DNA of 64,000 bases. Source: Eledone cirrhosa (lineage: Eukaryota). The position numbers and the translations under genes were made by a program. The notes beneath the pieces are model-generated. The model had not been told where the DNA came from. It ran no database searches and saw only the letters and a list, made by a program, of their open reading frames with translations. Shown piece after piece: positions 37,027-49,618 of this stretch. Position 1 is the stretch's first letter; every line of letters starts with the position of its first letter. The stretch lies in contig OZ024743.1 of the NCBI GenBank assembly GCA_964016885.1, positions 100,130,001-100,194,000 of the forward strand, in the 5' to 3' direction.

Positions 37027-40000
37027 ATGAAGACGTCGCATCTCAAAGTTGCAACACGTAATGTTGGCACTCTCAGAGGTAGATCTGCTGAAATAGCGGA
37101 GATGCTGGAGAGAAGGCATGTGGATGTGTGCTGCGTGCAAGAGGTGAGATGGAGAGGTGCCTCTGCGAGACTAGTCATAGGCATCTTACCTATAAGCTTT
37201 TCTGGGTAGGTAAGGATGATGGGTTAGGGGGAGAAGGCATTTTCCTGGCTGAGAGATGGATCAAGAAGACAATAGAGGTAGTTCAAGTTAATAATCGAAT
37301 AATTAAGCTTAGATTAATTGTAGGCAGGAGATACTGACAATCGTCTCTGCCTATGCTCCCCAAGCAGGCCTAGGCAGAGAAGAGAAAGACTGCTTTTACG
37401 AGTAACTTTTACAAACAACCGCAATGACAGAGGACGGAGACATCGTTATGCTAGCAGGGGATTTCAATGGTCATTTTGGACAGCTCCAGGATGGTTACAC
37501 TGGGGTACATGGTGGGCATGCTTACGGCTCAAGAAATGAAGGAGTGAGACTTCTTGAATTTTGTGATGCAAGTACACTGACTATTTGCAACACTAACTTC
37601 CAGAAACCTGCCAACCACCTAATAACCTACAAATCAGGTGAGCACATAAGCCAGATTGACTTCTTACTAGTTAGGCAGTGGGACAGGCAGATGGTGTCCA
37701 ATACCAAGGCATACCCTGGGGAAGAATGTACCCCACAGCATCAGCATAGGTTAGTCGTTAGTGATATCTCAGTAAGCAAGAGATGGAATGAGACATACAG
37801 GAAGGTGTGGAGAAGAAAGGTCTGGAAGCTAAAAGACCTTTCACTAAAATACAAATTTAGGAAAGCCCTTCAAGATGTGTATGACAAAAAAGTAGACGAT
37901 TTAGAGATGTATGACATAGATAATAACTGGAATTTCTTACGTGACAACTTACTGCAGGCTACTGATGAAACTTGTGGCTGGAGCAGAGCCTCAACCAGAC
38001 AGAGAGTGGAACAGCGCAGTAGATAAGGCCATTAGAGACAAAAGACTAGCATGGAAGGCTTGGAAAAAGGGTGGGAGTAGGGAAGGATATACAGCCGCTA
38101 AGAGAGAAGTTATACGTCAGGTGTACTTAGCACGCAGGGAGGCTGAGAGTAGGAGGTTTGCCAATGTTCTGTGATGGGAAGATCAGAGGCGTGCGGTGTT
38201 CCACATTGCAAGGCGGTGTGTCAAGGCAAATCAGGATGTTGTTGGAGATAAATGTGTCCGGAATGATGCCAGTGTACTTAGTGTCACGAATGATCAGAAA
38301 ACCAGGTGGCCTGGAAATGTCATTATGAGAGACTGATGAATGTGGAGAACGAATGGGAGAGAGAGAAATTACCCTCAGTAGATCCGACAGAGGGACCAGC
38401 TTTTGAGATTGACGAATATCGGATCCAAGAGGCGATTAAGGAAATGGAAAATGGTAAGGCTGCTGGACCGCCGGGGATAGTTGTTGAGATGCTGAAGGCA
38501 TAAAGGTACGTAGGCACTAAACTGGTTGCAGGCATCATCAATCAGGCTATATATGGTGGTGTCATACCCAAAGACTGGTGCAGCAGTATTCTCATAAATT
38601 GCTACAAAGGGAAAGGCGATGCTCTGGAGAAGAGCAATTATAGGGGTATAAAACTGATGGATCAGGTTATGAAAGTGGCAGAAAGGATATTAGCACAACT
38701 AATTAGAGAAAGGGTCAAACTAGATGAAATGCAGTTTGGTTTTGTGCCTGGGAAAAGTACAACAGATGCCCTCTTTTTGGTGAGACAATTACAAGAGAGG
38801 TTCTTAGAGAAGAATAAGCCACTATACTTAACCTTTGTTGACCGAGAGAAGGCCTTTGATAGGGTACCCCGATCTGTCAGCTGGTGGTCCCTAAGGAAAC
38901 TAGGTGTTGAGGAATGGCTTGTGAGGACAGTGCAGACTTTGTTCAGAGGTACTGTCAGTAAAGTCAGGGTAGGAATGGAGTTTAGTGAGGAATTCCAGAT
39001 ACAAGTAGGAGTACATCAAGGTTCGGTCCTCAGCCCGCTCTTGTTCATTATAGTCCTCCAAGCCATAACAGAGGAGTATAAGACTGGCTGTACATGAGAA
39101 CTTCTCTATGCTGACGATCTGGTTCTTATAGCAGAGTCAGTAGAGGAGCTAGAGAATAAATTCTGGCTATGGAAACAGCAGTTGGAAGCAAGAGGACTGA
39201 GAGTGAACCTAGCTAAGACTAAAGTGTTGATGAGTAGAAAAGAGGACAAAACTCTGATTCCGTCAGGGAAATGGCCATGTTCGATATGCAGAAAAGGAAC
39301 TGGCATAAATTCTATAAAATGCACACAATGCAGATCCTGGGTACACAAGAGATGTAGTGGAATAGCAGGCAAACTAACAGGTAGGGAGAAATACGTATGC
39401 AGCAGATGTACAGGGAAATTAGACAGTAGAAGTCACATTGATAGACACATTTTTCAAATGCAGGCAGGTGCTATAGAAGTGGTGGATAGCTTCCGGTACC
39501 TAGGAGATCAGATTAGCATGGGGGGGGGGGTTCCGAGGCATAGTATCTAGAATAAGGACAGGTTGGAAGAAGTTTAGGGAGCTGCTTCCTCTGCTGACGA
39601 AAAAGGGTTCCTGCCTGCATACGAAAGGCCGGTTATATGATGCCTGTGTGAGGAGCGTGATGCTGCATGGTAGTGAGACATGGGCAGCAACGGCAGAGGA
39701 TATGCGATGGCTGAAGAGAAATGAGGCAAGCATGCTCCGTTGGATGTGCAATGTCAATGTGTGTGAACGACCCAGCATAAATGCGTTGAGAGAGAAACTG
39801 TGTCTGAGAGGGATAGAATGTAGTGTACGGGAGAGGAGACTGAGGTGGTATGGACATGTGATGCACATGGAGGATGACCGATGGGTGAATAAGTGCCAGG
39901 AAATGCCAGTTGAAGGAAGACGTGGTAGAGGTAGACCACGAAAAACATGGGCGGAGGTGGTGAGAGCTGACCTCAGATCGCTGAAGCTCACGGTGGAGAT

Positions 40001-40137
40001 GAAGCTCACGGTGGAGATGAAGCTCACGGTGGAGATGATGACCGTGACAAGTGGAGAGATGCTGTGCTGAATAAGACCCGTCCCACCCTTGCAAGCAAGG
40101 AAAAGCGGACGTGAAATGATGATGATGATGATGATGA
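37027..40137 (+). mobile_element. Near full-length, inactivated RTE LINE (APE endonuclease + RT with inserted PHD-like finger)
   Basis: VATRNVGTL..VDVCCVQEVRWRG, AYAPQ, GDFNGH, SQIDF, QHRLV, NYRGIKL, QFGFVPG, KAFDRVPR, GVHQGSVLSPLLF, LLYADDL (39101-39121), RRLRWYGHV, (TGA)n tail. Several stops and frameshifts; an 18-bp unit is triplicated at ~39982-40036. Confidence 0.95.
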
Positions 40138-40420
40138 CATTTATGCATATCAAATTTATGCATTGTAGTACTTTGCATAAAAACAAAACATACTTTGAAA
40201 TCCCAATCTTACAAATCACTTTGTAACACTTTTAACTCACATAAACACACACATACGTGCTAGCACACGCATACCCACATACATATACACACACATACGT
40301 GCATGCACACGCTTACCCACATACATATACACATACACATATGAACACGGATGAATTGAGAAAAAGAAACTGGGTATAAGAGGAATTAGATGCGTTGTGC
40401 AAAAGAGAAGGCTGCATGAG

Positions 40421-40551
40421 AATGGGTATGTAATGGGTATGTAATAGGTATGTAATGGGTATGTAATGGGTATGTAATGGGTATGTAATAGGTATGTAAT
40501 GGGTATGTAATGGGTATGTAATGGGTATGTAATGGGTATGTAATGGGTATG
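40421..40551. repeat. 11-bp minisatellite (AATGGGTATGT), ~12 copies
   Basis: Directly visible. Confidence 0.92.
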
Positions 40552-40673
40552 GTGATTATTTGATGAAGAAGTCCCAGAAGATCCCAAGTGGAAGGAGGGT
40601 GCAGTAATGGAAGATTTGGGCAGAGATAATTTCATGATGCTGAATCTCTCAGAAGATATACCTACAGAATACA

Positions 40674-42271
40674 AGAAATGGAGTGAGGTAGTGCTGGTAG
40701 AATTGGAGTGAGGTAGTGCTGGTAGAATTGGAGTGAGGTAGTGCTGGTAGAATTGGAGTGAGGTAGTGCTGGTAGAATTGGAGTGAGGTAGTGCTGGTAG
40801 AATTGGAGTGAGGTAGTGCTGGTAGAATAGGAGTGAGGTAGTGCTGGTAGAGATAGAGTGAGGTAGTGCTGGTAGAGATGGAGTGAGGTAGTGCTGGTAG
40901 AGATGGAGTGAGGTAGTGCTGGTAGAATTGGAGTGAGGTAGTGCTGGTAGAGATGGAGTGAGGTAGTGCGGGTAGAGATGGAGTGAGGTAGTGCTGGTAG
41001 AATTGGAGTGAGGTAGTACTGGTAGAAATGGAGTGAGGTAGTGCAGGTAGAATTGGAGTGAGGTAGTGCTGGTAGAATTGGAGTGAGGTAGTGCTGGTAG
41101 AATTGGAGTGAGATAGTGCAGGTAGAATTGGAGTGAGGTAGTGCAGGTAGAAATGGAGTGAGGTAGTGCAGGTAGAATTGGAGTGAGGTAGTGCTGGTAG
41201 AATTGGAGTGAGGTAGTGCTGGTAGAATTGGAGTGAGGTAGTACTGGTAGAATTGGAGTGAGGTAGTACTGGTAGAATTGGAGTGAGGTAGTGCTGGTAG
41301 AATTGGAGTGAGGTAGTGCTGGTAGAAATGGAATGAGGTAGTGCTGGTAGAATTGGAGTGAGGTAGTGCAGGTAGAAATGGAGTGAGGTAGTGCTGGTAG
41401 AGATGGAGTGAGGTAGTGCAGGTAGAATTGGAGTGGGGTAGTGCTGGTAGAAATAAGGTGAGGTAGTGCTGGTAGAATTGGAGTGAGGTAGTGCTGGTAG
41501 AGATGGAGTGAGGTAGTACTGGTAGAAATGGAGTGAGGTAGTGCTGGTAGAGATGGAGTGAGGTAGTGCTGGTAGAAATGGAATGAGGTAGTGCTGGTAG
41601 AATTGGAGTGAGGTAGTGCAGGTAGAAATGGAGTGAGGTAGTGCTGGTAGAAATGAAGTGAGGTAGTGCAGGTAGAATTGGAGTGGGGTAGTGCTGGTAG
41701 AATTGGAGTGGGGTAGTGCTGGTAGAAATAAGGTGAGGTAGTGCTGGTAGAATTGGAGTAAGGTAGTGCTGGTAGAGATGGAGTGAGGTAGTGCTGGTAG
41801 AAATGGAGTGAGGTAGTGCTGGTAGAATTGGAGTGAGGTAGTGCTGGTAGAAATGAAGTGAGGTAGTGCAGGTAGAATTGGAGTGGGGTAGTGCTGGTAG
41901 AAATGGAGTGAGGTAGTGCTGGTAGAAATAGAGTGAGGTAGTGCAGGTAGAATTGGAGTGAGGTAGTGCTGGTAGAAATAGAGTGAGGTAGTGCTGGTAG
42001 AATTGGAGTGAGGTAGTGCTGGTAGAGATGGAGTGAGGTAGTGCTGGTAGAGACGGAGTGAGGTAGTGCTGGTAGAAATGGAGTGAGGTAGTGCTGGTAG
42101 AAATGGAATGAGGTAGTGCTGGTAGAAATGGAGTGAGGTATTGCTGGTAGAAATGGAGTGAGGTATTGCTGGTAGAAATGGAGTGAGGTATTGCTGGTAG
42201 AAATGGAGTGAGGTATTGCTGGTAGAAATGGAGTGAGGTATTGCTGGTAGAAATGGAGTGAGGTAGTGCTG
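40674..42271. repeat. 25-bp minisatellite (GAGTGAGGTAGTGCTGGTAGAATTG), ~64 copies
   Basis: Directly visible; accounts for the three 560-690 aa minus-strand pseudo-ORFs. Confidence 0.97.
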
Positions 42272-42317
42272 AAAAACACCCATACAATGCATGCAAGCAT
42301 GGAAAAGCAACCATAAA

Positions 42318-42486
42318 ATAATTGTTTCTACTTTTGACACAATGCCCGCAATTATCCCAGTGCATTATTACTGGTACTTTATTTTATCGACCTCGTAAGG
42401 ATGAAAGGCAAAGTTAAACTCAGACCGTAAAGGGGCGTAACTCTATGCTGCAAAGCATGGCGTCCGACCCTCTACCGATACTGCCT
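42318..42486 (-). mobile_element. SINE family A copy
   Basis: Reverse complement of the 27560-27743 sequence with a small internal deletion. Confidence 0.8.
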
Positions 42487-43267
42487 GAGTACAAACGAGG
42501 TATCAAAATATCATCATTATGTTTACTCACATGTGACAAACATTTAGTGATTGATCAGCTCAAGGTATGATCAGTATCAATTACACCCGACTCTGGAATC
42601 AATAACTCATAGTAAACCAGACCTCTTTATTCATTGAGTTCTCAAACTGGTGAACCAATAGTAAGGTAAAGTTACACATAATTAAACTATATATATATAT
42701 ATAAAGGATAAAGATCCCATAACTCCTTGTGGAGTGATAGAGATACCATCATACGGCATGTCTAGGGCACTTTTAAGCCTGGTGGAGCCCAACCCTCTCC
42801 AGTTCTGAACATAGTTGATTTTTTCTACAGAGGAAGAATTGACCCCAGTACTGGACTGGTACTTTTTTTATCGATCATGAAAAGCAAAGTTTACCATGGT
42901 GGTATTTGAACTCAGAGCGTACAATGAGACATAGAATGGTCAAACATTCCATTTATGCAGAATGAACTCTCAATACATGTGAACAGAGTATAAGTTCTAT
43001 TTCTGAAGAAAATGGTAGCAGTGACATTGCAGATAGGCCAATAGTTCCTTGTTTTCTTCCATAATAACTGTTCCTCGTAGTTATTAACTCACTGTGGTGA
43101 GATGTACTGCCTTTAATGTGTCAAAACATCAGTCACCTATAGCAGACAACCGAAGAGTGGGAATTGTCCTTTTGTTTGTGTTTCTCTTACATTTTCTAAA
43201 CAATATTTATTAGTAACCACACAACGCCTTTGTCATTTTTAATTCATATATATATATATTATATATA

Positions 43268-44078
43268 CAATGATATTAAATAAATGGAAACTATATTTAT
43301 AAAACCATATTTATTCTATCTAATTTAATTAACAAACAAAATTGGAGTTATCTTTCCTTTCTCAATCGCGTAAACTTATTCTCATCTCATAACTTGAAAT
43401 ACCTATTTATTTACTTAAAACACAAAATCAACTTCCCTTGTAACTCATATTATAAAAAACTAATAATTCTAAATTTTCTATATCTCTTTAATACTAACAC
43501 ATATGGAATTATTAATATATACAGATATTTATACATATAACCTACTACAATATTGTAATAAGATAAATACTTACAAACAAAATTCTCCATATAAGTATAT
43601 ACATAATATAAGTAAATATTCAAATTTTTTCGCCAAAATTAACGTAAATATATGGTCTTCTTTTCTTTCTTTCCTACTAATACAAACACATATCTAAATT
43701 CTCCATAGCGTCTAAAATAACGTTTTTTCAAACATATACCTCAACCTCCTTTACATATTCATTTGCATACTCATCTTAACAATTTTGAAATATCTGTCTC
43801 TAAGTCCACTATCCAAGGAAAACTTCAACCGTTAAGGTATGTTCTTTGGATATGTCAAAATTTATAAAACACACTTTGTATTTTATCTGATGAAAGCGTA
43901 CCAAAGGTTTTGGTACCCTTGAAATATATATAACAGAATAAATATGGTTTTATAAATATAGTTTCCATTTATTTAATATCATTGAATATTATATTCCAAA
44001 AAACTGTTGAGTGCTCTGAATCAGTTATAAACATTTATATTTATTGAATTACCAACAAATTGAATATCCCTTCTGCTT
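43268..44078 (+). mobile_element. Penelope-type 3' UTR/pLTR with inverted 50-bp 5' segment
   Basis: 43268-43317 is the exact reverse complement of 43935-43984. Hammerhead + AATAAA inside; starts at a (TA)n tract. Confidence 0.68.
43879..43940 (+). ncRNA. Type I hammerhead ribozyme
   Basis: tattttat-CTGATGA-aag c gtaccaaa ggt tttggtac c ctt-GAAA-TATATA-TA-acagaata(aa). Strong helix II, one mismatch in helix I, AUA site. Confidence 0.7.
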
Positions 44079-44324
44079 ATATGCAAGCATGGAAGATGGA
44101 CGTTAAACGATGATGATGATATATATATATATATATATGCGTAGATTAGTGGTTAGATTCACAATCGTGAGGTTGCGAATTTAAGTCTCAGACCGGATGT
44201 GGTGTTGTGTCTTTGAGCAAGACACTTTATTTCATTTTGCTCCTTCTGCCAGGAGTTGTGACCAGTAGATAGTATCAGTAATGGAAAGACCAATGGAAAC
44301 AGTGTTTCCTTGGTCCGATTTGAC

Positions 44325-44464
44325 GAGGTCCAACATTGAATGCATGAGGAAGGTGATGCATAGTGATGGTTGGCTGTTTGACTGATCGCGAGTTAGGCAT
44401 GAACCACAACAGTGTTTAGGAGATTATCACTAAAGATTTGGGCATGCAGAAGATCTGCGTGAAG
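44325..44464 (+). mobile_element. Tc1/mariner transposase fragment (degenerate HTH region)
   Basis: Reads NIECMRKVMHSD... then ELGMNHNSV*EIITKDLGMQKICVK, like the mariner segment that precedes WVPHEL. Confidence 0.65.
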
Positions 44465-44883
44465 GATTAACGCTTTTCCTTGTTCCTTTCTCTTTCTTTC
44501 TCTCTCCCACTCACTTATTCTCTCTCTTACCTTCTGTCTCCTTTCTCCCCCTCTTTCTCTGCATCCTTACCAGCCCCACCTCCTCACTTATGTTTTCCTT
44601 GTCTCTTCCTCTTTGCGCCTGTTCTCGCTATGACAGACGTTCTTTCTCTTCGCTCTGTGCGCGTGCGAGAATTTATTTTATAGATATCCGCAGTATGAAA
44701 ATCAATATTGACCAGAGTTAACTTAAACTTGGAAATGAATTAAATGTTTCACATCATTTAATCAAGAGATACCAACAAGACAGATTACAATTACGAAAAG
44801 TTTACAATACAAGGGATGTAATTCTCTGTAAAAATATCAAAGGGAAATAACTCTTTCCTCGTTATATTTTCATTAATATTTTC

Positions 44884-45821
44884 ATATATCTAAAATAGAG
44901 AATGTCTGTCTAACTCCCTAAAACTCGAGAACCACCCAACCGATTTTTTTTCAAACTTTACATATGTGAGTGAGTGTTTTGAGCCAAAACAATTTCTAAT
45001 TTTCAATGCCCTAGGGACCACATTAGGCGCCGAACGTCGCGCCCTTATAATATCTGTCTGTGTGTCTGCATTACGACTTTATGACGCTATCTGTGTGTAT
45101 ATATGTATATATAGTGTGTGTGTATATATAGTGTGTAACGTTTTTCGAAATATTTACTTCTGCGTTCAGATTGATTTTTTTAGTTTCAGAATACACACAC
45201 ACACACAGATAGTGTCATAATATCGTAATGCAAACAGCCAGACATACAGACAGATATTATAAGGGTGCGACGTTATAGTTATCTAATGTGGTCCCTAGGG
45301 CATTTAAAAAAATTGGTTGGGTGGTTCTCGAGTTTTAGGGAGTCAGTCAGACAGACATTCTGTTTTAGATATATAGATATAATTATATATTCGTGTACAG
45401 ATATTTTTGCATACACAATAACAAAATATAAACAAATGTATTTATTTCACGAGGCTCGATAAGGATAAATATATATCAAATATATAAGAACCCTAGAGCA
45501 AATATTGTTCTCATTGCTGACGAGGCAGAAGGGGATATACACGATTGGCTGAAGAAGGACGAGACTGTGTTAGTAGTAGGACCACCGGCTGCTATCACAC
45601 CAACAGCAGCAAAAACAACAACAAAAAATAGAGGGAACGCAATTACATGCTTTTGAAAAATCTTAATGGAAAATTATTTGCCTATTCACCTAAGGCAACT
45701 TCACTTTTTATTAGGACTTCTGCATCAATTGCTGAACATACGACGAAACTGTTTCAGAAAGGAGGCATTAACATGCCAATCTATGTTTAGAAACCCGAGC
45801 AACACCAAGCCATTCTGCTAG
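44884..45821 (+). mobile_element. Helitron-like non-autonomous element with inverted duplication of its 5' ~190 bp
   Basis: 5' a|TCTAAAATAGAGAATGTCTGTC...CAACCGATTT; 3' ccgagcaacaccaagccattctgCTAG|t. 44884-45076 is inverted at 45222-45374. Confidence 0.55.
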
Positions 45822-46621
45822 TCTAAACTATAATAAAGTAAGAAGCACGGGACTGTGTACGGTTTATAATTTTTTAGCCCATTAGTAAAATAAGTTGGAT
45901 TACTTTGAATAATGAATGAATGAATATTACATAATTTATCTGTAGCTGTTCATTAAATATATTTTATTACTTATTTAAAGATTCACTTCTTTAAAATTTT
46001 CAAATGTCAACACTTCGGTTAGCGATCGTTTAAATAAATATTCATATATTTCCGTCACTAATTTTCTCCTAATGCAGTTTATATATAATATCGTCTTTTT
46101 TTAATGTATCATGGATTACGTTACTGATTACATAAGACAGTGTAACGCAGTATTTGTTCAATTTCTGTGTATATTGTCAATTACGATTTTATTTGATGTA
46201 TCATATCTACATGTATATATTGCGTATAATATCAATATACACACTACACATACCAGCAGAAATACCACCTGAAGGGTGGTTTTTCTGCTGGTAATTTTAA
46301 TGCACAGAATAAATGACATTTGATTTCTTTGCCAAATTTTAACAAGGCTATGTTTATGAATTATAAATATATCAACAACATACAAGGCGAAATTGCTGCA
46401 GGGGAGCGACCAGTATAAAGAGTTTACACACCAAGTCTCTCCTTGGCAAATACGGAATCTATCAGCCGTAACAATTTCCAACCGATTCACTTCTCAAGAA
46501 TGTTCTATCATAAATGCAAGCAAGGTACATAATTCCTGCAGCCTTGGCCGACCTAAGCCAACTTGGTGAAGGCATTAGACATGTTTCTTTTCTATCTTAT
46601 TAGATCATAAACACACACACA

Positions 46622-46848
46622 CAGTCCACGCTGTAATGTGGCCGTGTAGGTAACACGGTAAAAACCTCCCAGTCCACACTGTAAACGTGGTTGGTGTTAG
46701 GAAGGGCATCCAGCGTAGAAACCTGCCAGACAGTCCTATACGAGCGAGAGTCTCCCGACCAATCTTGCCTCAAGTGGGATAATTCCCGTCTAAACCCATG
46801 CTAGTGTGGAAGATAGACGTTAAACGATGATGATTATGATGATGATGA
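46622..46848 (+). mobile_element. RTE family-2 3' UTR fragment (longer copy at ~60255-60709)
   Basis: Matches the reverse complement of 33279-33500; ends gacgttaaac(gat)n. Confidence 0.75.
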
Positions 46849-47765
46849 TATATTTATATATGTAAAAGATAAACAGAAATAACAACACAATCAGTACAGT
46901 ATATGGAAGGGATATATTAGGTTAACGCTTGATATAGCAGGAAGAGGATCTTAACGTTTTGGAGGCTAGTCCTTCATCAGAAGAAAGAATGAGAAATAAG
47001 ATAGATTGAGGGGACGGGCGGGTTGGAATTGGAAAAAATGTCTTTAGATAAAAATAACAGGTCCAATATAATAAATTAAAATGATAGAGATAAGCTTTTA
47101 CGAGCCACAGATCTTCAGTGGGATATCCTGTAGAAACTCCTGTTTATATATCTCTATCTCTGGCCATATGCTTCAAATAGAATCTCTCTGAACCAATGGT
47201 CAGTCAAGAACTCTTTCAGCTTCCATGTCTTCTTTTTCCATATCATCTCATGTTTTGGGAATGTCTAGCTCTTACTCTAAAATCAAAAATTACTAACTTG
47301 TGTTGAATGTTATATTTTTCATCAGGGAGACACTTTTCAGTTTCAGCCATCTGACCATCCTGTTTGTGAGAATAAAGTCTATCTGGCTTGTGTGTTGTCT
47401 GATTTGTAGTTGTTCTGATGACTGACTGGTTTCCTGAAGTTTGTGCTGCAAATTGTCAAGTCATTTGTATCACAGAATTACAGAAGCCATGACCCTCCTT
47501 CATTCTTTACACCAAAGTCTAAACTTCCCTGCACATCTTAGTACTTTACAACATGTCCATTAAAATAGCCATCTATGATAAGATTGCTATTGTTTAGTGT
47601 CGAGGTAGTGTGCGGAATTGTCTTATAAAAGTGTTCCTTCCGTTCATCTGTGAGCCCTGAATGTGGTGCATATACAACAACTGTTTAAGTCCCTTTTGCC
47701 TGCCTTGGGGGCTCCCTGACAAGCTTCTCCACTAAACCCTCAGAATGTAAAGAGATCTAACTTAA

Positions 47766-47987
47766 CCTGTTAGAATTTAAACTAGCCATATCTGGCCAGA
47801 ATTCTCGCACTACTTTCTACTGAAACCGGCCGTAAACTAGCCATGCATACTAATGTTAAGGTATTGTTCTCAAAATAAATAATATCAAAATCTCATAGAT
47901 TCGATATAATGTGAGATAATTATGTGAGGTAAAGGCTTTACCATGAAAATATAATAGTATATATAGAGTAATGTAAATGGTAAAAGG
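47766..47987. mobile_element. piggyBac-like MITE family A, complete, TTAA on both sides
   Basis: TTAA at 47762-47765 and 47988-47991; degenerate TIRs cctgttagaattta / taaatggtaaaagg. Confidence 0.72.
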
Positions 47988-48179
47988 TTAAAAAGCACAA
48001 AGTATGTTGTTGCATTACTGATTCTGTCAACTTATTACTCTTCTTTATTACAATGTGATGTCAGTGACAGACTAATGGAAAACATGGTTATGAAGTATTG
48101 AAAGAGGTTAGAGTAACCAATCAAGATAATAATATGTTTATAATATAATTTTGTTCATCATATTTAATCAAATTTCAAT

Positions 48180-48185
48180 TTTATT
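48180..48185 (-). terminator. Candidate polyadenylation signal (AATAAA) for CHMP1B-like 3' UTR
   Basis: tttatt on plus about 280 nt past the stop; another at 48044-48049. The hexamer is common in AT-rich DNA, so support is weak. Confidence 0.3.
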
Positions 48186-48467
48186 AATCATACATACAAG
48201 CTTAATTTCTGATTTACAAAATTGAGTTAAAAATATAATTTAACTAATAACAAGTTCAAGTTATTCAAAATCTCTTTTACAGTTATGTATTGTGTGTGTG
48301 TATGTGTCTGTACATTGACATTTTGATATTTATGAAGATTTATAAAAATTTTACAAAATAAGCAGAGAGCAAAAGAGATCAATCAATTGTTCAAAATTAG
48401 TTATATAACACTAGCTAAAATCGATAATGAATGTGGTGTAATGTAGAGACACAACATAGAACCCATT

Positions 48468-48509
48468 TCACATTTGTCGCAATCGAGCTAACCGTTGGGA
48501 AAGTTCATC
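48468..48509 (-). CDS. CHMP1B: CHMP1B-like terminal coding exon 7 (DELSQRLARLRQM*), C-terminal MIM1 motif
   Basis: Polypyrimidine tract + cacag acceptor. DELSQRLARLR is the CHMP1B VPS4-binding MIM1. TGA at 48470-48468. The seven exons sum to 609 nt (202 aa + stop). Confidence 0.95.
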   Translation of the reverse strand, partial: DELSQRLARLRQM

Positions 48510-48602
48510 CTGTGAAAAAGAAAAAAATATATATAATTTTTTATGAAATTTAATAATTTTAAATTCTGTTATGAAAGAGTTAACTCCCATTAAGATTTCT
48601 CG

Positions 48603-48840
48603 ATACAAGGCCAGCAATTTGGGGGGAAGGGAAAGTCGATTAAATCGACCGCAGCGTCTGCCTGGTACTTTATTTTATCGACCCCTTAAGGATGAAAGGC
48701 AAAGTTAACCTCGGCAGGATCTGAGTTCAAATCCCGCCGAGGTTAACTTTGCCTTTCATCCTTAAGGGGTCGATAAAATAAAGTACCAGGCAGGTGCTGG
48801 GGTCGATTTAATCGACTTTCCCTTCCCCCTATTTAAGAAA
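48603..48840. mobile_element. Head-to-head palindromic SINE-A insertion with 16-bp TSD in CHMP1 intron 6
   Basis: TSD ccattaagatttctcg at 48587-48602 and 48841-48856; arms ~48622-48719 and ~48732-48829. Confidence 0.88.
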
Positions 48841-49618
48841 CCATTAAGATTTCTCGTTACTTTCCAAGGATTTAACAACTTTTTATTCAAACTACCTCAT
48901 TTTTCCTTCAATTCTATACAAAACTAATTGTTTTAAAGTGATTATATTTATCTAAGATCTTTCCAACAATTATGTTAAATTATATTCGAAAATGCAGTTT
49001 TAAAAAATGTACTTGAGGCAATGTGTTTTAATAGAAATATGGTAACAAAAGGGTTTATCTTATAATTTGTGATGAGTGGCCATCAAAACAATGCCTAAAT
49101 TTAGTGGTTTATATAGATAATTACTATAATGAACACAAAGTCATTCAAGGAAAGTTGGCTGAATTGATATCGATGCAAACTGCCCAATAAGAAATCTGCT
49201 AAGATAAGGTGTAATTTGAGAGTATTTGGCTGCTTTTTCTAGCATTTCAAGCAACCACAGAGAGATCTCTTGTTGTCTCTAAAAATATGACATTGAAAGA
49301 GTATATTCACCTGCACAAATATACCTATAACACCAAATTTCTCATTAAAAAATTCACACAGCTGAAATCTTCCTATTTTCTACAAATACCAGGCATAACA
49401 ACCACTGGTGATAACATATTTATGATATAGTAAAGATTGCCTCAAAGAGTCTGAATTTCTTTCTCAGAGTGATCCAGGAAATGTTTCAGACGAAAATAGT
49501 TATTAACCTGAAGCATGAACCCAGAACCAACCCAAAGAGAGCGAGTGGAGAGAAACAATATGAGAAAGAAAAGGAGAAAAAGACAAAAAAGTGAGAAAAC
49601 TGAAATATTTTTCCATAC

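Noticed and set aside
40237-42365. Three 563-687 aa minus-strand ORFs
   Set aside because: All three frames are open only because the 25-bp unit has no stop on that strand; there is no unique domain.
46949-46984. Minus-strand hammerhead-like tctt-CTGATGA-...-AAAACGTT-aaga
   Set aside because: GAAA is mutated to AAAA and helix II is poor. Probably a decayed ribozyme, so not counted.
46330-47480. Possible ancient Tc1 and GIY-YIG remnants
   Set aside because: Motif resemblance is too degraded to support without a profile search.
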